Shown here one piece after another: positions 9,443 through 19,033 of a stretch of DNA of 64,000 bases (positions within the stretch are counted from its first letter, which is position 1; each line of letters opens with the position of its first letter). The notes beneath the pieces are model-generated. The model was not told the DNA's origin. It worked only from the letters and a program-made list of their open reading frames with translations, and did no database searches. Origin of the DNA: Candidatus Cloacimonadales bacterium (GTDB lineage: Bacteria; Cloacimonadota; Cloacimonadia; Cloacimonadales; JAIOQZ01); NCBI GenBank assembly GCA_963665815.1, contig OY762463.1:1088001-1152000 (forward strand), read 5' to 3'. The position numbers and the translations under genes are program-made.

Positions 9443-10747
9443 CTATATGTTTTTATACTTTAATTCTTCAATCTTTTTGTTTATTTCATTCAGAGATGAT
9501 CTATCAATGTTAACTTTCAGCACATGTTCCTGAACAACCTCATCATATTCATCCTCCAGAATAGTTGAATTGGAATATATGAAATTCAATAGTTTATGCT
9601 GCGTGTATGGTATTCTCAAAGTCGATATTGCTTTTCTGCTGCTGAGGAAAAAGTTGATTCTGCTGTATAGCTCCTCAATATTTTCTTTTTCCTTTGCAGA
9701 AATGAATATTGCCTGAGGATAGTCATTCTGAAGTTTTTTCTTCAAAAATTTAAAATGAACACCCTGAACCTTGTCAATCTTGTTGAATACCATTAGAATA
9801 TCTTTGTCAACAGCTCCAAGTTCTTCAAGTACTTCTTCAACTGCCGAAATCTGATCAAACACAAATGGATGAGAAACATCAACAACATGAAGCAGCAAAT
9901 CAGCTTCAAGAACTTCCATCAAAGTACTGTGGAAAGATTCTACCAGAGTATGGGGAAGATCTTTTATAAAACCGATTGTATCAGTTATTACAACCTGTTC
10001 TTTTCGACTCAGATAAATTGATCTTGTTGTTGCATCAAGTGTGGCAAAAAGCTCATTTGCTGCATAAACATCACCATTAGTTATCTGATTAAATAAAGTA
10101 GATTTGCCTGCATTTGTATAACCTATCAGAGCCAGATTTATTGCTTTTCTTCTTCTGGATCTTTTAGTTTCAGTATGCTTACTGATAAGCTTCAGCTTAC
10201 GTTTCAACTGAGTGATTTTGTTCTGTATCTCTCTCCGGTCAACTTCAATCTGCTTTTCCCCGGGTCCTCTGAAGCCAATACCTCCCTGAATCCTGGAAAG
10301 GTGTCCCCACAGGTTTTTCAATCTGGAGTAATTATATTCCATTTGAGCAAGCTCAACCTGTAGTTTAGCCTGTTTCGTCCGAGCATGTAATGCAAAAATA
10401 TCGAGAATCAATTCGGTTCTATCAACAATTTTACATTTGAATTCATTAGCAAGATTTCGAGATTGTGCAGGAGAAAGATCATTGTTAAAAATAATTGTAT
10501 CCGGTCGCTCTTCGTCATCAAACTCATCCATTAAAGCCTTAATCTCAACTATTTTTCCCTTCCCAATATATGTTGAAGGTTTAGGCTTTTCCATGAATTG
10601 AGAAAAAACATCCACGACTTGAGCAGATGCAGTTTTAACAAGGCTTTTGAGTTCTGATAGAGATTCTTCAAAAGCCTGTTTCTGCTTCCGGTCAGTGAGA
10701 ACACCGACAAGAATAACGCGTTCTTTTCTCTTCTTTATGGTTAGCAA
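9443..10747 (-). CDS. hflX: Ribosome-splitting GTPase HflX
   Basis: DRTELILDIFA, RGPGEKQIEVDRR, GYTNAGKSTL, FATLD, DTIGFI, NKID. Confidence 0.97.
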   Translation of the reverse strand: MLTIKKRKERVILVGVLTDRKQKQAFEESLSELKSLVKTASAQVVDVFSQFMEKPKPSTYIGKGKIVEIKALMDEFDDEERPDTIIFNNDLSPAQSRNLANEFKCKIVDRTELILDIFALHARTKQAKLQVELAQMEYNYSRLKNLWGHLSRIQGGIGFRGPGEKQIEVDRREIQNKITQLKRKLKLISKHTETKRSRRRKAINLALIGYTNAGKSTLFNQITNGDVYAANELFATLDATTRSIYLSRKEQVVITDTIGFIKDLPHTLVESFHSTLMEVLEADLLLHVVDVSHPFVFDQISAVEEVLEELGAVDKDILMVFNKIDKVQGVHFKFLKKKLQNDYPQAIFISAKEKENIEELYSRINFFLSSRKAISTLRIPYTQHKLLNFIYSNSTILEDEYDEVVQEHVLKVNIDRSSLNEINKKIEELKYKNI

Positions 10748-10756
10748 GACAGTCCC

Positions 10757-11047
10757 TTATTCTGATTCATAAATAAGGACTTTTTTGTTTCTGTTTCTCC
10801 AGTTAGCATATTCTTCGCGAATCTCCATTAACCAGAGAGTTTTCTTGTTTTCATCTTCAAAAGTCAAAATATCCAAATGGTGAAACTTTCCTGATTTACC
10901 TCTGAAGCTTTTTTGCGGTAACTCAATATCAAGCTGATTATTTCTTCTTAATATTGTTACCTCGTTCAGGAACACACCTGGAGCAAGTTCAATAATAGCC
11001 CTTGCTTCAACGATACCCTGACTGACATCTTTAAATTTTACGTTCAT
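10757..11047 (-). CDS. Small SpoVG-like nucleic-acid-binding protein (divergent)
   Basis: Pattern ARAIIEL..GVFLNEVTILRRNNQLDIELPQKSF...GKFHHLDI...IREEY resembles SpoVG; start taken at ATG 11047 after GAGAGG. Confidence 0.5.
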   Translation of the reverse strand: MNVKFKDVSQGIVEARAIIELAPGVFLNEVTILRRNNQLDIELPQKSFRGKSGKFHHLDILTFEDENKKTLWLMEIREEYANWRNRNKKVLIYESE

Positions 11048-11189
11048 ATAACCTCTCAAAAACTTACAATAATTCACCTTTAAAGCAATGTTTCGAACTT
11101 AATTGTCAAGTAAAACTTTGACAATTATTAGTAACCGCTTACTTGATATTAACAAATAATTAAATTATTATCTATTTTATGAAAAATCT

Positions 11190-11408
11190 ATAGACTAAAC
11201 TATGAAGCTTAGAATAAAAATGTTTCTTTCCCTGCTCTTATCATTATTATATCTATAATAGAATTATACATAATTTTTTTTTATCGAAACGTTCAAATAC
11301 GTCTGATTCATTCAAAATAAGTATATCAGGAAGGTCTTTAATGATTAATTCGAAAATCTCATCTAAAACCAAATTCCAACGTGTTTTTATGTTGTTATGC
11401 AAACTCTC
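11190..11408 (-). repeat. Degenerate copy (A) of the ~210-bp dispersed structured repeat
   Basis: Minus strand begins GAGAGTTTGCATAACAACATAA and contains GATGAGATTTT...ATTAATCA...TTATTTTGA, similar to copies B-D; the far boundary is uncertain. Confidence 0.45.
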
Positions 11409-11493
11409 ATGAATTTAAATATTGGCTGTTTCTGAAAACTAACATGAATCTGGAAATCAATAAAAATTCTTATTATTATCAGGTGAAATTCTA

Positions 11494-13755
11494 ATGAAAA
11501 AAATACTGCAACATTTTGAAAGGTTATCTCTGAACAGGAAATTAACGCTGATTTTCCTGACAATTTCAGTAGTTACGGTTGTTACAGGAGGATTAGCAGC
11601 ATCATTTATTGGTATCAGCTATTCCAAAAGCTACAAAATTAAATGGTTGAAACATATTGCAATAACTATTGGGGATTATAATTCACACAATCTGGAAATG
11701 GAGTACAGGAGCCATACAGAGGAGCAACTGGATAAACTCAGACTACTTCCAGATATTAAATACTGTTCCATTTATAACTCAGAAGGAGAACTGTTTACAA
11801 AATATTCCTCTATACATGACAATCCTTTCAGTAACATTGTTGTTGATCCTGAAATTTCTTATGGTAAAATAAAAAATAGATACATACTTGTTCAAGAGCC
11901 CATTCTGAAAAATGGCATTTTTATCGGATATATTCGAATTGCAGCAGAAACTAAGTTACGAATTCTGATCGCTGAAATTATGTCTGTTCTTCTAATTGTG
12001 ATTATTCTGTTTATCATAATCTCATATTTTTTAGGTTTGAAAGTCAGAGAAGTAATATCCAAACCAATAGGAAAATTGATTGAAGTATCCGAAGAAGTTT
12101 CAAACACAGGAAACTATTCTTTGCGAGTTAATGCAGACTCACAAGATGATCTGGGTAAATTCATAAATCATTTCAATAATATGCTTAGTGTGATTCAAAC
12201 CAGAGATATGGAATTGATCAGCTCAAATGAAAAATTCACAAACATATTCAATGCCCAGAGTGATTCCATTATCATACTTAATTGTAACGGAGATATTATT
12301 GATGTAAATCATTCAACTCTACGTATGCTGAGTATATCAAGAGTACAAGCTCTCAGATTGAATCTATTCGAAAATCTTAAACTGAGATCAGATACGGAAA
12401 CCCCAATACAAGATCTTATTAATAAAGCTGTAAATGATGGTTTTTCCGAATTCGACGGTGAATGTATAAAACCTCTGACAAACAATAAAATAAACCTCCA
12501 GATAAAGATTCGCAAACTGGATGCTTCAGATACACCTGTGCTGATAATGTCAGCCAAAGATGTTACTATTCAGAAGAGAGATGAGTTTGAGCTTGCAAGC
12601 CTCCGTGACTACCTCTCAAATGTAATCAATTCTATGCCCTCTATTCTAATAGGGGTAGATAATGAAGGAAGGATTTCTCAGTGGAATAATAAAGCCAGTT
12701 CTGAAACAGGTGTACAACATCGAGTTGCCATAGGACAAAGGATACAGGATCTGTTTCCTCATCTGAAGCCAGAAATTGACAAGATTGATAATGCAATAAC
12801 CCATCAGAAAGTTCAGCGGCTGACAAGAAAAGCACATAATGCAAAGGGACATCAGAAGATTGAAGATATTACTATTTATCCGCTTACCGGAGAAAACGTA
12901 AAAGGTGCTGTATTAATTATCGATGATATTACAGATAGAGTCAACATGGAAAAAATGATGATTCAATCGGAAAAAATGATGTCAATAGGGGGACTTGCCG
13001 CAGGTATGGCTCATGAGATTAATAATCCACTTGCCGGTATCATTCAGAATATTCAGATCATTGAGAACAGACTGCTTTCCTCATCCGCTAAAAATTCATC
13101 AGTTGCTGAAGAAATCGGATTTGACCTCGAGCTTATGAGAGCGTACATAAGTAAGAGAGGAATCGAAAAAATGCTGAAATACATTAAAGATTCCGGTGTA
13201 AGGGCATCAGTTATTGTAAAAAATATGCTGAGTTTCTCAAGGAAAGGTGTCAAAGAAAAAGTAAGAAGCTCTGTTACAGAACTGATTGAGAATACGATTC
13301 AGCTTGCTTTTAATGAATACAATCTCAAAAAGAGACTTGATTTCAGAAAAATTAACATTATTAAGCAATACGAAGAACCCCTTCCGGATATTTTGTGCGA
13401 TCCGGGCAGTATACAGCAAGTATTCCTGAATATACTCAAAAATGGTGCTCAGGCTATGCAGACCAAGCAAACTGAAGGATATAAACCAGAATTCAATATT
13501 TCAGTTTCAAAGGCTCATCACAACATCAGAATTGTTATAAGAGATAATGGACCTGGAATTCCGGATGAATTGATCAATAACATATTCGAGCCTTTCTTTA
13601 CAACTAAGGAAGTAGGAGAAGGTACCGGTCTCGGAATGTCAGTATCCTACTTCATTATAACCGATAAGCATGGTGGAAACATCAGCGTCAAATCTCAGAA
13701 AGGAGAATGGACAAGTTTTATCATTGAGCTTCCTGCCGTTGAAAATCCGGAATAG
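11494..13755 (+). CDS. Membrane sensor histidine kinase (periplasmic sensor, HAMP, two PAS, HisKA, HATPase)
   Basis: Two TM segments, HAMP (DDLGKFINHFNNML), GMAHEINNPL, NILKNGAQA, DNGPGI, FEPFFTTKEVGEGTGLG. Confidence 0.95.
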   Translation: MKKILQHFERLSLNRKLTLIFLTISVVTVVTGGLAASFIGISYSKSYKIKWLKHIAITIGDYNSHNLEMEYRSHTEEQLDKLRLLPDIKYCSIYNSEGELFTKYSSIHDNPFSNIVVDPEISYGKIKNRYILVQEPILKNGIFIGYIRIAAETKLRILIAEIMSVLLIVIILFIIISYFLGLKVREVISKPIGKLIEVSEEVSNTGNYSLRVNADSQDDLGKFINHFNNMLSVIQTRDMELISSNEKFTNIFNAQSDSIIILNCNGDIIDVNHSTLRMLSISRVQALRLNLFENLKLRSDTETPIQDLINKAVNDGFSEFDGECIKPLTNNKINLQIKIRKLDASDTPVLIMSAKDVTIQKRDEFELASLRDYLSNVINSMPSILIGVDNEGRISQWNNKASSETGVQHRVAIGQRIQDLFPHLKPEIDKIDNAITHQKVQRLTRKAHNAKGHQKIEDITIYPLTGENVKGAVLIIDDITDRVNMEKMMIQSEKMMSIGGLAAGMAHEINNPLAGIIQNIQIIENRLLSSSAKNSSVAEEIGFDLELMRAYISKRGIEKMLKYIKDSGVRASVIVKNMLSFSRKGVKEKVRSSVTELIENTIQLAFNEYNLKKRLDFRKINIIKQYEEPLPDILCDPGSIQQVFLNILKNGAQAMQTKQTEGYKPEFNISVSKAHHNIRIVIRDNGPGIPDELINNIFEPFFTTKEVGEGTGLGMSVSYFIITDKHGGNISVKSQKGEWTSFIIELPAVENPE

Positions 13756-13765
13756 AATGTTGTTA

Positions 13766-15418
13766 CTATTTTAAAAGAACACTTTTCTTTACAATAGATT
13801 TACATCCGGGTTTATGCATTCGGATAAAATACACACCCGTTGATACTTTCTTACCTGAATCACTATCTCCTTCCCACATAACATTATGTTTACCTGAAGG
13901 AAACTCCTCTTTAACAATGCTCTTTACGTGCTGTCCCTTTACATTATAAACATCAACTTCCACAATTGATTTTTCACTCAAATCAAAACTAATATTAGTT
14001 CTCGGGTTGAATGGATTAGGATACAAACTCATTGAAGTAACACGACTGATTTCGTTTTGACCTGAATCTGTTACTCCTTCTCTAATTTTCCCTACAAAAC
14101 AATCTCTGTTTCCGTTAGATGTTACTGATAAATTACCAAATACAGCTGTTGAAGAAAATCCTCCTGCTATAAATATATTTCCATCATCGGATATGTACAT
14201 AGCTGTTCCCCTGTCCCAACCAATAGAACCTGCTTCTTCAACCCATTGCCAGTTGCCTGAAGAATCTAATTTGAGAACAAAAACATCTCTTCCTCCGAAG
14301 CCGTTAAGATTATCATTACCCATTACAGCCACACCGTCAAAATAACCTGTAGCATAAATATCTCCATTGGAACCTAAAAAAATATCTGTTGCAGAATCCC
14401 ATTCTGAGGAGCCACCATGTGCTACCCAATTCCAGTTTCCTGAATCATTTATACTGGCAATATACAGATCTCTGTTCCCGTTTCCTGTCACCTGAAGACT
14501 GTCAAAAAAAGCTATATCAGTAAAATGTCCACTGACTACAGCTCCTGAATCAGATGGAATAATCTGATATGCCTCATCAAAATTATTGCCACCAAATCCA
14601 TTTACCCATATAAAATCACCTGAGTCATTCATCTCGGCAACAAATCCATCAGTATAACCATCACTTGTCAGTGTATCTGAGCCTAATACTGCATTTCCTG
14701 TAAACATACCGCAAAGTAAAACCCTGTTATTCTCAGCCAGTTTAATATCTATCCCGGCATCTGCACCGCTTCCTCCTGCTTTTTTTACAAGGTTCCAATC
14801 CCTGAGTGAATTTAATCTGGCAACAAGAATATCAGTGCTACCGGCACAAAGCAGAGTATCGGTACTGATCAGTATTGTATCACTGAATGATCCTGCTATA
14901 TATACATTATTTGTACTATCAATAGAAATACTGTTTCCGATATCCCAACCTGAACTACCGATTTCTTCGGACCAGAGCCAGTTCCCGTCAGAATCAAGCT
15001 TTGACACAAAAATGTCTCCATAACCGGAACTCACAAGTGAGTCCTGACCGAAAAAAGCAGTACCTTCAAAAACACCTGTAATCATTATACAATTATCAGC
15101 AGTAACATCTATATCATTTCCTTCATCAGTAAAAGAAGTTCCTCCCGCACTTGTACACCACAACCAGTTTCCTTGAGAATCCATCTTAGCAACAAAAATA
15201 TCTCTACCACCGAGACTTGCCACATACTCATTGCCAAACCATTGACTGCCTTCAAAATATCCAGTAACATACAGATTGCCGTTATCATCTCCAACAATAC
15301 CGTTAAGCTGCATATCCATTGCGCCACCACCTGTAGCAACCCAATCCCAGACCGGAGTCTGAGCATTAACAAAACTTGCTAAAAAAAACATAAATGCTAT
15401 TGTTGCGGATATTTTCAT
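13766..15418 (-). CDS. Secreted beta-propeller (SBBP-like repeats) with FlgD-Ig/T9SS-like C-terminal domain
   Basis: Signal peptide from ATG 15418 (AGGAGAG upstream); repeats DIFVAKMDSQGNWLW / DIFVSKLDSDGNWLW; C-terminal YPNPFNPRTNISF...YNVKGQ...GVYF. Confidence 0.88.
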   Translation of the reverse strand: MKISATIAFMFFLASFVNAQTPVWDWVATGGGAMDMQLNGIVGDDNGNLYVTGYFEGSQWFGNEYVASLGGRDIFVAKMDSQGNWLWCTSAGGTSFTDEGNDIDVTADNCIMITGVFEGTAFFGQDSLVSSGYGDIFVSKLDSDGNWLWSEEIGSSGWDIGNSISIDSTNNVYIAGSFSDTILISTDTLLCAGSTDILVARLNSLRDWNLVKKAGGSGADAGIDIKLAENNRVLLCGMFTGNAVLGSDTLTSDGYTDGFVAEMNDSGDFIWVNGFGGNNFDEAYQIIPSDSGAVVSGHFTDIAFFDSLQVTGNGNRDLYIASINDSGNWNWVAHGGSSEWDSATDIFLGSNGDIYATGYFDGVAVMGNDNLNGFGGRDVFVLKLDSSGNWQWVEEAGSIGWDRGTAMYISDDGNIFIAGGFSSTAVFGNLSVTSNGNRDCFVGKIREGVTDSGQNEISRVTSMSLYPNPFNPRTNISFDLSEKSIVEVDVYNVKGQHVKSIVKEEFPSGKHNVMWEGDSDSGKKVSTGVYFIRMHKPGCKSIVKKSVLLK

Positions 15419-15493
15419 AATATCTCTCCTGACTGAATTAACAAATTTATACACCTGAACCTTAAAACGTAAAGAAATAAATATTGATATAGC

Positions 15494-15525
15494 AAAAAAA
15501 AAGCTGCAGGAATACCTGCAGCCTT
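15494..15525 (-). terminator. Intrinsic terminator after porin 1
   Basis: GCTGCAGG-N4-CCTGCAGC hairpin plus 9 T on the minus strand. Confidence 0.8.
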
Positions 15526-15544
15526 AAATATATCGTTTTTCAGT

Positions 15545-16909
15545 TTACCATTTAACTTCTGTACCAAACCACATTACTGTAGCTGTGTCTTCACCAAACA
15601 TAAAAAGATGTGATACGTCGTTATCGTCTGTATAGTTGAAGCCATAATCTTTGTTAGGCATAAGCATACCAAGTCCTGCGTAAAATTTTGCATTCTTATG
15701 AACTTTGTATGATCCGTACAGATTAAACTCATTCCACATGTTTTCACCGGATACTTCTTTTGTACCTATCTTGACATCAGTAGAGTTGTCATTAAACATC
15801 CAGAAATTAAAACCAACATTCATTTTTTTACACATTTCAGGAGTGAAATCTGTTCCAAAATTCACCATCATCATACCATGATCAACATCGGCTTTAAAAC
15901 CATTATCTGTAAGTTTCCAGAAAATATTGACAGCTTGATATCCATGTTCAACCAATCCCATTCCAACACCTGTGAATGCTTCATTTTCATCATCAGATCC
16001 TGCATCATCACCTGATCTCATGAATAATTCAGCTCTTGGCATAAGTGTACCAAATCCAAGATCAAACTCAGCATTAAGACCAACATCAAGAAGCATACCG
16101 GAATAATCTATTCCTGTTGCATCGTTTGCACCAGTCTGCATTGCAAATTCAAGATAAGGTTTTAGCATTCCGTCCATAAGTGTTACATCACCTCTGGCAC
16201 CAAAAACATTAAATGCATTACATTCTGTTTCGTTTTTGCTAAGTCCATTATCATCAAAAGATTCAACATTTTCACCTTTTCTGAAGAAATAAGCCTGAAC
16301 ATCTGCCATGTCGGCTATTTTATTCATTCCACCAATCAAACCAAAAATTTTAGCTGCATGATCTTCTTCAATATTTGTGTATTCAGCATCTTCATACTCA
16401 GCCAAATTAGCAGTTTGTAAATCAACCCATAAGTTATCTCTTTTAAACATAAGAGCAGCACCACTAATATAATCAGCAGGTCCGAAGATGTTTCCACCAC
16501 CATAATTCCATAATCTTTGTCCAAGATGAGCGGAAAGTCCTTCAAAAAACAGGTTATCATACTGGACGTAAGCTTCTTGAAGTTTAAGTCTGGTATCTTT
16601 AATCTTTTGATCGCTATCCATATTAAATTTGATCCACTTGCTACTGGCTTCATCATCACTTTCTAAACGAGAGTGAATTTTTACCATAATATTTTCATTA
16701 ATGTGAGTGTTAAAGGATAGATCCAATCTACCTTGAGTATAGGTTGTTTTGTCATTATTGGCGTTATCTTTGAAATCTGTCCAGTCTGCCAAATTGTTTT
16801 CATAGTCCATTTCAAGAAGAAATCTTCCATGAATATCGACTTTTGGATACTCGCCTGCGAATAGAGCTGTTGCCATTACAACAATAAGTAAAATAGTAAT
16901 TTTTCTCAT
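15545..16909 (-). CDS. Outer-membrane beta-barrel porin (alginate-export-like), paralog 1
   Basis: Signal peptide MRKITILL after GGAGG; amphipathic strands, LQEAYV, C-terminal GTEVKW; similar to 30773..32143. Confidence 0.75.
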   Translation of the reverse strand: MRKITILLIVVMATALFAGEYPKVDIHGRFLLEMDYENNLADWTDFKDNANNDKTTYTQGRLDLSFNTHINENIMVKIHSRLESDDEASSKWIKFNMDSDQKIKDTRLKLQEAYVQYDNLFFEGLSAHLGQRLWNYGGGNIFGPADYISGAALMFKRDNLWVDLQTANLAEYEDAEYTNIEEDHAAKIFGLIGGMNKIADMADVQAYFFRKGENVESFDDNGLSKNETECNAFNVFGARGDVTLMDGMLKPYLEFAMQTGANDATGIDYSGMLLDVGLNAEFDLGFGTLMPRAELFMRSGDDAGSDDENEAFTGVGMGLVEHGYQAVNIFWKLTDNGFKADVDHGMMMVNFGTDFTPEMCKKMNVGFNFWMFNDNSTDVKIGTKEVSGENMWNEFNLYGSYKVHKNAKFYAGLGMLMPNKDYGFNYTDDNDVSHLFMFGEDTATVMWFGTEVKW

Positions 16910-17115
16910 ACTACCTCCAGTATTTTTTTTTGATTCATTGAATCTTAATAAGTACACAACTTATTTTACTATTTAAATAACAGGAAAAATATATTATTCA
17001 TGTTGAGACTTTGTCAAGATATTAGTTAAATTAAATACTTGGAAATTTTTACGTGCGAAAATTGAATATATCCGCAAAAACATTTCAGTAATCTATATCA
17101 TTATATACCAAGACA

Positions 17116-17391
17116 TTAAGAATCTGCTTCATCTTCTTCCATTGTAGCTTCATGCTCGACATTTTCTGAATCATCTTCATCAGGTGTCTCAGGATATGCA
17201 TATTCTGAGAACAAATGCATCAAAACAACCAATAGTGTTACGGTTATGAAAACAGCAATTGAAAAACACATGATTTTACTCATGAAAATAAAACCAATAT
17301 CTATATCGTCAATGATATTCATTGCAGATGCATCACCGAAGACGATATTTGCAATTATGACAACTGCTACAAGAAAAAGTGCTATTTTCAT
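17116..17391 (-). CDS. Small membrane protein with acidic tail, unknown function
   Basis: GGAGA RBS, two hydrophobic segments, D/E-rich C-terminus. Confidence 0.6.
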   Translation of the reverse strand: MKIALFLVAVVIIANIVFGDASAMNIIDDIDIGFIFMSKIMCFSIAVFITVTLLVVLMHLFSEYAYPETPDEDDSENVEHEATMEEDEADS

Positions 17392-17423
17392 AGTTTCTCC
17401 ATAAATTATTTAACTCATATAAA

Positions 17424-17613
17424 GATCTTTGCATGATTGGAGTAGTCTGTTCAAACTTTCTAAAGAAAGCATACAAGTTGACTCGACTTTTAGAATTCAT
17501 CAAATTCTTACTCAAAAAGAGCTTCTCTGAAAGCTTTCTTGATGAATTTAAAATTCTCATCGAACTTCTTTCACTAAAACTACTTGATTTTGCTATTATG
17601 CAAAGCACTACTC
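17424..17613 (-). repeat. Copy B of the dispersed structured repeat (MITE-like or leader RNA)
   Basis: Ends CTTTGCATAAT...ATCATGCAAAG (inverted); core GATGAGAATTTTAAATTCATCAAG...TTGATGAATTCTAAAAGTCGAGTCAACTTGTATGCTTTCTTTAGAAAG shared with the copies at 30371 and 58828. Confidence 0.8.
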
Positions 17614-17655
17614 TAATATAATATAGTATATATATCGACATTTACATTGAAAAAG

Positions 17656-18477
17656 TCAACTTTTTTTCCTGATCATTGAAACTGAGGTTATTCTGTTCTT
17701 CCCTGACCTTTTGCTTTGGTACATAGCATCGTCTACAACTTTTACATGTTCATGCACATTATATGTTGGAGAATAATCTGTTACGCCTGAAGAAATTGTT
17801 ATATTGAATTCTATGCTGTCCGTTTTAAAAAGACAGCTTTCAACGGTTATTCTGATTTTTTCTGCCACCCTGAAACCACCATCACAATCTGTTTCCGGAA
17901 GAAGTAAAAGGAATTCTTCTCCACCCCATCTGCAAACCATATCCTGCTCTCTCGTGAGTTCGATAAAAATCGAGGCGAGCTCCTTAAGCAGATAGTCACC
18001 TGTTTCGTGACCGTATCTGTCATTAACAGATTTGAAATCATCAATATCTATCATGATGAATACGAATGTTCTGGAAGATCTCTTGTATCTTACAATTTCT
18101 GAATCAATTTTTTCCAGCATAGCTCTTCTATTTGGTAAACCGGTTAGTGGGTCGTGCCTGCTCATTTTTTTTACTTCACTAAGAGCTTCACCCAGTTCTT
18201 TATTCATTTGTTCTAAGGTTTCCTTACTCTGCTTCAGTTTACGCATTTTCCCTGCAAGCAAAATAAGAGTAACAGCAAGAATGCAAAATCCTGTTAACGT
18301 TAAAATTGTCTGATGTCTTGTTATTATATATGAAGTGTCAGATTTCTCAGTCACACCTGTATCAATTCCCAATGCATCATAGCCTTTTTCAGCATGACAT
18401 AAAACAAATCCTAAAAATACCAGAGATAAAAGGAATGTTATCTTTATTCTTACTGAACTGATACTGTCAAAAGACAT
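17656..18477 (-). CDS. Membrane-anchored diguanylate cyclase
   Basis: DPLTGLPNRR, DIDDFKSVNDRYGH, I-site REQD then RWGGEEF; two hydrophobic segments. Confidence 0.93.
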   Translation of the reverse strand: MSFDSISSVRIKITFLLSLVFLGFVLCHAEKGYDALGIDTGVTEKSDTSYIITRHQTILTLTGFCILAVTLILLAGKMRKLKQSKETLEQMNKELGEALSEVKKMSRHDPLTGLPNRRAMLEKIDSEIVRYKRSSRTFVFIMIDIDDFKSVNDRYGHETGDYLLKELASIFIELTREQDMVCRWGGEEFLLLLPETDCDGGFRVAEKIRITVESCLFKTDSIEFNITISSGVTDYSPTYNVHEHVKVVDDAMYQSKRSGKNRITSVSMIRKKS

Positions 18478-18531
18478 ATTAACTCCTTGTCAGAGTTGCA
18501 GCTTTGAATCACAAGAAATCTGATTGCGACA

Positions 18532-19029
18532 TTATCTGGATACGGCTATTGATAATGCTGTTGCAAGTTTAACAACATACTCATCCGTTCTTTCCAGCAA
18601 AGACAAAAGAGAAAGACATGTATTTTTTAATATCACATTCCCGGCATTAGGGTCACTGGATATAATTTCCTCAAAATCATTCCTTGATAGCGTATACATT
18701 ATACAATCTGATGAAGCGATTACATTTGCAGATCTTTTCCCCGCACCAATTAGTCCGTTTTCACCAAAAGCCGGACAAGCTTTATCACTTAGTGATGCCA
18801 ATTTCTTCTCCTCTGCCTTAAGTCCTTCAATTTCCATCGTTAACTTACGTGTAACTCGCACATCACCCTTATACAATATGTATAAGTTATCACCCTTTGT
18901 ATTTTCTTTAATAATATAATCACCTTTATTGAATTTCTTTTCCTTGAGAAACGATGCAACAAAAACAAGCTGAATATCATTAAGTCCTTTAAAAGTTCTG
19001 ACATTTTTTAAACTGATTGCATCTATCAT
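18532..19029 (-). CDS. Stand-alone cyclic nucleotide-binding domain protein
   Basis: GDYIIKENTKGDNLYILYKGDVRV; phosphate-binding cassette FGENGLIGAGKRSANV; no HTH. Confidence 0.9.
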   Translation of the reverse strand: MIDAISLKNVRTFKGLNDIQLVFVASFLKEKKFNKGDYIIKENTKGDNLYILYKGDVRVTRKLTMEIEGLKAEEKKLASLSDKACPAFGENGLIGAGKRSANVIASSDCIMYTLSRNDFEEIISSDPNAGNVILKNTCLSLLSLLERTDEYVVKLATALSIAVSR

Positions 19030-19033
19030 AATT

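Noticed and set aside
17333-17641. 102-aa minus-strand ORF and 62-aa plus-strand ORF
   Set aside because: They span repeat copy B; the minus ORF overlaps the better-supported 17116..17391 gene.
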